A DNA stretch of 62,412 nucleotides, the filler included, from a bacterium (GTDB taxonomy: Bacteria > JAMORN01): assembly GCA_027063545.1 (NCBI GenBank). It is 18 parts of 18 records of this genome, joined end to end, with 100 filler letters (N's around TTAATTAATTAA, not from the genome) between each part and the next. Parts side by side here need not be neighbours in the genome. Positions count along the whole stretch, not along the records: positions 54,394 to 55,925 come from JAMORN010000106.1; positions 56,026 to 57,555 come from JAMORN010000107.1; positions 57,656 to 59,180 come from JAMORN010000108.1; positions 59,281 to 60,797 come from JAMORN010000109.1; positions 60,898 to 62,412 come from JAMORN010000110.1; 13 more parts are not named here. One strand, written 5' to 3'. Below, in pieces: positions 54,633 through 62,412 of this stretch (position 1 is the first letter of the stretch; each line of letters opens with the position of its first letter). Both the position numbers and the translations under genes were made by a program. The notes beneath the pieces were generated by a model, which did no database searches, had not been told where the DNA came from, and saw only the letters and a list, made by a program, of their open reading frames with translations.

Positions 54633-55838
54633 ATGGATTTGAAGGAATATGTAGAACTAGACAAGAATTATCTTTTACAAGTTTTTAGTAAGCCTGATTT
54701 AGTTATAGAAAAAGGGGATGGGGTTTATTTATATGATATATCAGGAAATAAATATTTAGATTTTGTTAGTGGAATAGCTGTAAATTTATTTGGTCACAAT
54801 GATAAAGGTTTAAAAGAGGTTATAAGAAATCAGATTGATAAACTAATTCATGTGTCAAATTTATATCATAATATTCCACAAATAGAATTAGCTAAACTTT
54901 TGGTAGATAACACTATAAAATCTGGTAAGGTTTTTTTTACAAATTCTGGAACAGAATCAAATGAAGGAGCAATAAAATTTGCTAGAATATATTCAATAAA
55001 ACGTAAGGGAGCATTGGCATATAAAATAGTTGCAGCAAAAAATTCATTTCATGGGCGAACTTTTGGAAGTTTATCTATAACTGGACAGCCTAAATTTTGG
55101 AAGAATTTAGGACCAACCATGGAAAATGTAGAATTTATAGAATATGGAAGTATAGAGGATTTAGAAAGGGTTATAGATAAAAATACAGCAGCTTTATTTT
55201 TAGAGCCATTACAAGCAGAAGGGGGTATAAATGAGGCGGATATATCGTTTTGGAAAAAGGTAAAACAGGTATGTGAGGAAAATGATTGTCTTTTAGTATT
55301 AGATGAGGTTCAGACAGGTTTATGTAGAACAGGTCCTCTTTTCGGTTACAAAGATTTGATGATAGAGCCCGATATTATTACCTTAGCAAAGGGTTTGGGA
55401 CACGGAATACCTTTAGGAGCTATAATTATTAAAGATAAAGTAGCAGAATATATAGATAAAGGAATGCATGGAAGTACATTAGGAGGAAATCCATTAGCCT
55501 GCTCTGTTGGAAACTATGTGTTAAATAGATTAATAGATGATGGCTTTGAGAATAAAGTTAGAAAAATAGGTAATTTTTTTAAGGAAGAATTGAATAAATT
55601 AAAGGAAAAACATCCTGATAAAATAGAAAAGGTAAAAGGTAAAGGATTGATTTTAGGATTGAAATTAAAAAATGAAAATATTTCATCTATTATTGATTTA
55701 TTAAGAGAAAATTATAATATTTTAATAACAAGAGCTGGTGTAGATGTATTAAGGTTTTTACCACCTCTTATAATAGAGAAATCTCATATAGAATATTTAG
55801 TTAATTCTTTGAATGAGGTATTAGGGAGTAGAACGTAG
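54633..55838 (+). CDS. argD: Acetylornithine aminotransferase
   Basis: YLDFVSGIAV, NSGTESNE, SFHGRT, EPLQAEGG, DEVQTG, TLAKGLG, RFLPPL. Confidence 0.92.
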   Translation: MDLKEYVELDKNYLLQVFSKPDLVIEKGDGVYLYDISGNKYLDFVSGIAVNLFGHNDKGLKEVIRNQIDKLIHVSNLYHNIPQIELAKLLVDNTIKSGKVFFTNSGTESNEGAIKFARIYSIKRKGALAYKIVAAKNSFHGRTFGSLSITGQPKFWKNLGPTMENVEFIEYGSIEDLERVIDKNTAALFLEPLQAEGGINEADISFWKKVKQVCEENDCLLVLDEVQTGLCRTGPLFGYKDLMIEPDIITLAKGLGHGIPLGAIIIKDKVAEYIDKGMHGSTLGGNPLACSVGNYVLNRLIDDGFENKVRKIGNFFKEELNKLKEKHPDKIEKVKGKGLILGLKLKNENISSIIDLLRENYNILITRAGVDVLRFLPPLIIEKSHIEYLVNSLNEVLGSRT

Positions 55839-56025
55839 TAATGGAATTTATAAAGAAAATTGTCTATAATATTCTTGGTATAGATAAATTTGTAAAAAAT
55901 ATAATATTAACGGAAAGAGATAGTTNNNNNNNNNNNNNNNNNNNNNNNNNNNNNNNNNNNNNNNNNNNNTTAATTAATTAANNNNNNNNNNNNNNNNNNN
56001 NNNNNNNNNNNNNNNNNNNNNNNNN

Positions 56026-56754
56026 TATCTTCTTTACTTTTACTCTAAAAGTTACATTTTTTCCCGCAATCTCTTTTACGTAATAATCTTCTGGAAATGT
56101 ATATTCTAAGTCATATTCATCACCTTTTTTCTTACCCAATAATGCCTCAACAAACTTATCAAATTTACCTTCTTTATTTTTAATTACATGTACTCTATAA
56201 TCTTTTTTAGGGTCGCTATTTTCTTCTGATATAGCTTCATAATCTATAATTACATAATCACCTTCTTCAACAACAGCATCATCACCCTTATCTTCAAATT
56301 CAGCTAAAGTTTTTAATTTTAATTCTATCTCCTTTTCAACCTCTTCATCTGAAACTTCTACTTCTTCAACTTTGATACCATGACCTTTATAGTTTTCTAT
56401 TTTTAAATCAGGTTCTACTTCAATATAAATAGTAAATTCTAATCCTTTGTTTTCATCATAAGAAAAATCTTCCTCTTTTATTGGATGTTCATATATAGGA
56501 TTTAAATTTTCTTCTCTATATATTTCCTTAAGGGCATTATTTATTTTTACTTCTATTACTTCTGCTTCTATAGCCTTCCCATATTTCTTTTTTACCAATG
56601 ATACAGGAACCTTACCTTTTCTAAATCCTGGTAACTGAATAGTTTTTGCATATTCTTTTAATTTCTCATCAACTTCTTTTTTTATTTCCTCAGCAGGAAT
56701 CTTAACAGAGATCTTCTTTTTCCATGAATTAACATTTTCTATTACTTTTTCCAA
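56026..56754 (-). CDS. tig: Trigger factor (3' end cut)
   Basis: PGFRKGKVP ribosome-binding motif, FKBP-like TFPEDY; TTG start with GGAGG SD. Confidence 0.95.
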
Positions 56755-56816
56755 CTTCTACCTCCACATTTTCTTAATATTTTATTTTCATAAACTCATC
56801 TACTTATTTTTCTATA

Positions 56817-56899
56817 TGCGAGAAGGGGGACTCGAACCCCCACGGGAAAACCCCACCAGATCCTAAGTCTGGCGCGTCTACCAGTTCCGCCATTCTCGC
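56817..56899 (-). tRNA. tRNA-Leu(TAG)
   Basis: GCGAGAA acceptor stem, D-loop GGTAGAC, anticodon arm CCAGA-CTTAGGA-TCTGG, long variable arm, GTTCGAGTCC; CCA not encoded; usual position before tig. Confidence 0.97.
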
Positions 56900-56961
56900 A
56901 TTTACTCGAAAAAAAATAAAAATATTAAATTAATAAATCAATAAAATTAAATTTATAAATT

Positions 56962-56999
56962 AAAAACCCCTCTTCTCAGTCATAACAGAGAAGAGGGGT
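56962..56999 (-). terminator. Rho-independent terminator
   Basis: 12-bp stem ACCCCTCTTCTC/GAGAAGAGGGGT followed by a T run on the minus strand, 30 nt after the stop at 57030. Confidence 0.85.
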
Positions 57000-57029
57000 A
57001 AAACATTAAACTAAATTATTCAATATATA

Positions 57030-57555
57030 CTAGTTTGATTGTTTATTCCAATCAAAAAAGTCAGTCCAACTTTTTTCTGTTCCCCACTGGAATACTGTAA
57101 CAGTATATTTAGGGAATGTATATATACTACCTGGACCTATATTAATCTTACCCTTCTTAGCAATCTCAACCTGATCAACCTTAAATACATCATGTTTAAA
57201 TTCACCTGTCTTATGTAGCTCTTCTACAATTGCACCTCCACTTGGTAATCCTTCTATATCAAGCTTTGTTTCATAATCTGTAAATGGACTCTTATTGATC
57301 ACAATTAATACAGTTGATCCATCATTTCTCTTAGCTAAATAAGCTGTCAAATTTTCATTATTAGTTTTTACTTCTCTTAGACTACCTTGTAAATTATTAG
57401 CAATTAACTTAAATGCCCAATAAGCAGGTCTTGGTACATTATCTCCATCGGGAGCACCTGTTCTAGATAAGTATCCATAATCACCTAACTGAGGAGTGAT
57501 ATCATTGTGAATATCCCAGTAGTTTGCTATTTCAATATTAGTCTTAGCTAAATGT
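57030..57555 (-). CDS. C-terminal part of a clan GH-A-like glycoside hydrolase (GH44/GH51/GH79-like)
   Basis: Frame open to contig end: ANYWDIHND..GDYGYL..PRPAYWAF, then beta-sandwich LTAYLA..VLIVINKS..YTFPKYTVTV. Confidence 0.6.
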
Positions 57556-57655
57556 NNNNNNNNNNNNNNNNNNNNNNNNNNNNNNNNNNNNNNNNNNNNT
57601 TAATTAATTAANNNNNNNNNNNNNNNNNNNNNNNNNNNNNNNNNNNNNNNNNNNN

Positions 57656-57800
57656 CCTGTCTCTAATATTCTTGAATTGAATTTTTTGGTAAAACATCAA
57701 GTAAGAACCTATAACTATAATCGACTAAACAGTATGAACTTATAGTTATAACACCTTTTTCTTGAAATTCTTTTAATAATGACTTATAATTGTTTTCCAT
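57656..57800 (-). pseudogene. Start of a possibly frameshifted SAM-dependent methyltransferase
   Basis: AGGAGA SD plus ATG 57800; frame stops after 45 codons, but one extra A in the A6 run gives PKKFNSRILETG (motif I-like). Confidence 0.3.
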
Positions 57801-58641
57801 AACATCTCCTAATTTTATCTTTTAAATAAATAAATTTCTTTATCAAAAGTTTGGGCATAACCATTATAAATAAAACTATACTCAAATGCCATAAAAAACA
57901 TTTCCAAAAATAAATATTACCCCAATAATATTTTTTATTTTTCCATAATGCTCTTAATGAATTTTTTGAATAATTTAACTGTTTTTTTATTCTTTTTCCA
58001 TAGTTTCCTCTTGGAATTCTATATTTTAATAAAAATTCTTCAATAACATCAAATTTATAATTTTTAGCTATACATTTTATCCAAAGATCATAATCTTGGG
58101 ACCTAACTAAACCTTCATCATATTTTATTTTTTTTAAAATATCACTTTTTATCATCATTGATGGATGAACAGTTAAATGCTCTTTAAAAAAATATTTTCT
58201 AATCTCTTTAAATTTATACTTTTCCGGTTTAAATTCTCTTAAAATATTTCCATATTCGTCAATAAAATAAACCCATGTAAATAGTAAATCTACATCTTTA
58301 TTATCTTCCATATATTTAAATTGTTTCTCTAATCTTTGAGGCAATGCTATATCGTCAGCATCTAATATAGCGATATATCTCCCATTTGCAATGTCAATCG
58401 CTTTATTTCTACTTGCTCCTCTGCCTAAATTTTTCTCATTTTTTATAAAAACAATTCTTTTATCCCTTTGCTGATATTCTTTAATAATTTTTTCTGCTTT
58501 CTCGTTATTTGGATTATCTAAAACGATTATAAATTCAAAATTTTTAAACGTCTGATTTAAGATAGACTCAATAGATTCTCTTAAATATTTTTCTGGTTCA
58601 TTATATGTCGCCATTATAACAGAAACTAATGGCTTATCCAT
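57784..58641 (-). CDS. GT2-family glycosyltransferase
   Basis: VSVIMATYNE, SILNQT, LDADD, RSQDYDLW. Confidence 0.93.
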   Translation of the reverse strand: MDKPLVSVIMATYNEPEKYLRESIESILNQTFKNFEFIIVLDNPNNEKAEKIIKEYQQRDKRIVFIKNEKNLGRGASRNKAIDIANGRYIAILDADDIALPQRLEKQFKYMEDNKDVDLLFTWVYFIDEYGNILREFKPEKYKFKEIRKYFFKEHLTVHPSMMIKSDILKKIKYDEGLVRSQDYDLWIKCIAKNYKFDVIEEFLLKYRIPRGNYGKRIKKQLNYSKNSLRALWKNKKYYWGNIYFWKCFLWHLSIVLFIMVMPKLLIKKFIYLKDKIRRCYGKQL

Positions 58642-58672
58642 CTCTCCTCCTACTTAATAAATAAAAATAGTC

Positions 58673-59070
58673 TTATTTAAATAATTTCGATACAAAGATT
58701 GTAAATATTTTTTCTTCGAAAAACTTATAAAGGCCATAATCAATATCTTCTAATATTTCGACTTTATTAAAAACTTCATTTGAATACTTTTCTTTTAAAA
58801 TCCAATCTGCTAATGGTGGAGTAAAGTTCTTCTTTTCTCTATTGACTATCTCATCAGGTAAAATATCCTTATTCTTCATTAAATTTCGAACAAATCAACT
58901 TTCCATTCGACAGGAATCTTCTAGCTAAATTCAGTAAATCTATAATCTAAAAATGGAGTTCTAACTTCCAAGGCATTAACCACTGATGTTCTATCAATTT
59001 TAACTAAAAAGTTATCGGGAAAAATATTATACAATAAGTCAAATATTCTCATCGCTTCTTCTAATTTATT
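58673..59070 (-). pseudogene. asnB: Asparagine synthase (AsnB-like) C-terminal remnant
   Basis: DNFLVKIDRTSVVNALEVRTPFLDY, in-frame TAG at 58921-58923, frameshift near 58880, then ILPDEIVNREKKNFTPPLADW; homology stops at 59070. Confidence 0.88.
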
Positions 59071-59180
59071 GGTATTCCAATCAGGATATGATAAAATAGT
59101 ATATTATGGGAAGAAGAGGAAGACCGAGAAAATATACACATAAATATAGGTGCGAGAAAATGTGGTTCTAACTGGTGTGA
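59071..59180 (+). mobile_element. Left end of an IS1-family-like element (degenerate, cut by contig end)
   Basis: Begins GGTATTCCAATCAG exactly where asnB homology ends; ATG 59106 gives MGRRGRPRKYTHKYRCEK and, with one A removed, CGSNWC (InsA-like zinc ribbon). Confidence 0.55.
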
Positions 59181-59280
59181 NNNNNNNNNNNNNNNNNNNN
59201 NNNNNNNNNNNNNNNNNNNNNNNNTTAATTAATTAANNNNNNNNNNNNNNNNNNNNNNNNNNNNNNNNNNNNNNNNNNNN

Positions 59281-60419
59281 TGGAAATACTTGAGGATCTT
59301 ATAATAGAAAGTATTAGATATAGACTTGTTAGTGATGTAGAGGTAGTTTCGTTTTTATCTGGAGGTATTGATAGTTCGTTGGTAAGTAGTATTGCAAATA
59401 AGTTATTAGATAAGAGAATAAAAACGTTTTCTATAGGTTATGATAGTTATCAAAGATATGATGAAAGAGAGTATGCAAAAAAGGTTGCAGAATATATAGA
59501 TTCAGAGCATTATGAGATAGTTGCCACAAAAAGGGATTTTATTAATGTATTGGATGATATTATTTATTATTTAGACGAGCCTGTTTCTGATCCTGCTGTA
59601 ATTCCTACCTTTTTAATATCTAAATTAGTTAATGAAAATAATTTTAAGGTTGTTTTAAGCGGTGAGGGTAGTGATGAGCTTTTTTTAGGATATGATATGT
59701 ATTTTGATGTATTAAAAATAGATAAAATAACATCTTTTGGTTTTGAAGATTTTTTAAAGGATTATTTTATAAAAAACTTCAATAACTCTAAGGCTTGGAA
59801 TTATTATTATAGAAAAATTGAGAAAAATTTTCCTGTATATCGTTCTATGGCAGAAGTTTTTACAGAAAAAAATATAAAAAGTTTATTAAACAATAGTGTT
59901 TTAGAATCTATAAGAGATTATAATAAAACTGAAGAAAGGGTTATAGAATACTATAAAAATTTCTTACAAAAGGAGGAAATAACAAAATTTTATACATATA
60001 TAGACTTAAAAATATGGATTAGTGAAGTTTTAATGACAAAAATAGATAGAATGACAATGTCTTATTCCTTGGAGGCTAGAAGCCCATTTTTAGACAAAGA
60101 ACTTACAGAGTTTATATTTTCTATAGATGAAAATGTAAGAGTTGGAAATACAAATAAATATCTACTCAAAAAAATTGCTTTAAAATACCTTCCTGAAGAT
60201 ATAGTCTATAGAAGGAAAAAGGGATTTTCTTCTCCATTTTTAGAATGGTTTTTAGAGGAGAATCTTTTTGAAGAGATAATAGAGTTTAATAAAAAGGAAA
60301 AATTTTTCCAGAATGATTTTATTAGATATTTAATAAAAGAGGCAAAACAGAAGGGCTATTTTAAGATACATCTTTGGGCACTTTATTTGTTTATAAAATG
60401 GTATAAAAGGTTTTTTTAG
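59281..60419 (+). CDS. asnB: Asparagine synthase-like glutamine amidotransferase (5' end cut)
   Basis: RLVSDVEVVSFLSGGIDSS, VVLSGEGSDELFLGY, KIDRMTM..SLEARSPFLD, R.KKGF. Confidence 0.93.
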
Positions 60420-60422
60420 TGT

Positions 60423-60797
60423 ATGGTTGAAAAAGATGTTTTAGAAAAAAATGGTGCTTTTGTAGTTTTTAATGATGGGAAAAGTTTAAAAATAAAACTC
60501 TTATCCCAACTTATTAAATTTTTTAAAGACATAATAGGCTTGTTTATCATTGGTTTTTTATTTTTATATACCTTATTTTCTCAAAAATTATTCTTTCAAA
60601 AGAATAATAGAAAAAAGGTTTTAATTCATAACTATGTATTTCTGCCATTTTTTTATAATATTTATCATATGTTAAAGCAAAAAGGATATGAAATTGATTT
60701 TTTGGCCGATATTATTGATGTTCCTTTTTTTGAAGAATATCCAGAAAGTAGGGTAATAACTCATAAAGAAATAATTAAAAACAGGATTCTATATTAT
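60423..60797 (+). CDS. Hypothetical protein, possibly glycosyltransferase N-terminus (3' end cut)
   Basis: ORF starts 3 nt after asnB; one hydrophobic segment; LKQKGYEIDF. Confidence 0.55.
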
Positions 60798-60897
60798 NNN
60801 NNNNNNNNNNNNNNNNNNNNNNNNNNNNNNNNNNNNNNNNNTTAATTAATTAANNNNNNNNNNNNNNNNNNNNNNNNNNNNNNNNNNNNNNNNNNNN

Positions 60898-61727
60898 TGC
60901 TTCCTGCTCATGGTTATCCAGGATTAAAAAAATATAAACATTTAATAGGGAATTTAGGAAAATCATGGCATGATCAACGATACTTATTTGCAAGGTGTAA
61001 TGCAGCAATACTTGGAACTACAAACTGTGTTCTTCAACCAACTCCAGAGTATAGAAATAGAATGTTTACAACAGGAATAGCACATCTAGAAGGAGTAAAA
61101 CATATAGATGGATATGATTTTTCAGAATTAATAGAGCTTGCTTTAAAACAACCTGATATGGAAGAAAGAGAACCAGAATATACCATAACTACAGGATTTC
61201 ATTCTTCTCATATTTTAGCTTTAAAAGATAAAATTAAGGAGCTAGTAGAAGCAGGTAAAATAAGACACTTTTTCTTAGTTGGTGGATGTGATACACCAAA
61301 CGTAAAGATGCACTATTATACAGAGTTTGTTAAGAATTTGCCAAAGGATACAATTGTATTAACACTTGGTTGTTTAAAGTTTAGATTTAATGATTTAGAT
61401 TTAGGAGATATTGAAGGCGTACCAAGATTAATAGATTTAGGTCAATGTAATGATTCTATTGTTGCAATTGAAATAGCAGCAGCATTAGCAGAACTTTTTA
61501 ATGTAGGAATTAATGATTTACCATTAACATTAGTTTTAGGTTGGATGGAACAAAAAGCTGTAGCAATATTCTGGACACTTCTTGCTTTAGATATTAAGGG
61601 AATAAATATAGGGCCAATTGTTCCACCTTGGGCTAATGATGATATACTAAATATATTAGTTAATGAATATAAAGTTAATTTAATCTCTGATCCTAAAGAA
61701 GATATAAAAAAGTTTTTAGGAAAATAA
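60898..61727 (+). CDS. hcp: Hybrid cluster protein / hydroxylamine reductase (5' end cut)
   Basis: Upstream LPAHGYP and GTTNC, then [28 protein letters not shown]. Confidence 0.95.
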
Positions 61728-61751
61728 CTCCCTAGATTTCATTAATTTTCT

Positions 61752-61780
61752 AGCCCTCTCTTTCAGGGAGGGCTTTTTTT
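61752..61780 (+). terminator. Rho-independent terminator after hcp
   Basis: Stem AGCCCTCTC/GGGAGGGCT followed by a T run. Confidence 0.85.
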
Positions 61781-61809
61781 ATTTAGAAAAAATATCTATT
61801 TTAGTTTAT

Positions 61810-62412
61810 ATGAGATTATATTTAACAAAAATTTTTTTTTTATCATTTTTGTTTTTGTGTTTTTCTATTAACTTATTTTCTCAGGTTGATACAATATTAG
61901 TATATAGAAGTGAGTATGAAAAAGTAGGAGATGTTATCTATAAGTTTTTTAATTTATCCTTATCATATTCTATTTCACAAGGTAATGAGTCAGATTTTTA
62001 TTCTATAAATGATAATATGTTAATAATTTCCAAAGAAATTCCAGATACATTTAATATTTTACATATAGATATATTATCAATTGATACTAATGGAGTTTTA
62101 TATAAGATTTTAAAAATAGTAGATGCCTATGATTATTTTATGGCTAATATTGATACAACCCAATATATTATTTTAAATAAACATTTAGAAACTTATGTGG
62201 ATAAAACTTCTCAATGGACAGCATTTAATAATCTTTGGGGTAAAGGCGATGCTCAAGAAGGGGTTGATTTTAGAATAGCAACAATAATTCCTAAAGATAA
62301 TATAGATACATCTATTTTTATTTGGGATGTACCTTCCAAAGCCAGTGAGTTTAATGGAGCCTCTGTATGGTGTTATGTTAATGTCTTTTGGGGGAATAGA
62401 ATGAATATTAGA
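61810..62412 (+). CDS. Secreted protein with GH12-like motifs (runs off window; absent from ORF track)
   Basis: Open frame MRLYLTKIFFLSFLFLCFSINLFSQ.. (signal peptide), later WTAFNNLWGKG and SVWCYVNVFWGN. Confidence 0.6.
   Translation, partial: MRLYLTKIFFLSFLFLCFSINLFSQVDTILVYRSEYEKVGDVIYKFFNLSLSYSISQGNESDFYSINDNMLIISKEIPDTFNILHIDILSIDTNGVLYKILKIVDAYDYFMANIDTTQYIILNKHLETYVDKTSQWTAFNNLWGKGDAQEGVDFRIATIIPKDNIDTSIFIWDVPSKASEFNGASVWCYVNVFWGNRMNIR

Noticed and set aside
58673..60419. Two asnB pieces as halves of one gene
   Set aside because: Different contigs, opposite strands, and both cover the same C-terminal region with different sequences

Overview
Very AT-rich bacterial sequence that is not one locus. 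It is 18 contig pieces joined by 17 identical 100-nt artificial spacers (N44-TTAATTAATTAA-N44), so gene adjacency is meaningful only inside a piece. Four pieces are about 9.5-10 kb. (1) A lipoprotein serpin, purine permease, ilvE and DUF62, facing a PP2C-sensor/radC operon. (2) The outer-membrane biogenesis run clpC-tamB-like-bamA-skp-lpxD-lpxC. (3) lptB-rpoN-hpf-mlaD-ptsH-ptsI-hom-thrC followed by an ApgM-like gene whose catalytic residues look lost. (4) A Wzx/Wzy polysaccharide cluster with GDP-heptose genes. The fourteen pieces of about 1.5-1.6 kb carry housekeeping fragments (ddl, plsC, pyk, rsgA, argD, tig with tRNA-Leu, hcp) and several defence or mobile fragments. These are a GHKL ATPase behind a restriction specificity-domain tail, HigBA-type TA plus a PLD-domain gene start, a sacsin-like ATPase behind frameshifted genes, cas1-cas2 without a visible array, an EcoRV-like R-M pair, and an IS1-like end truncating asnB. 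Two glycoside-hydrolase-like fragments are also present. The host is a diderm LPS producer, probably anaerobic and FCB-like (inference). All calls come from motif recognition by eye; no searches were run. No complete novel system can be demonstrated, because the best candidates are cut by contig ends.
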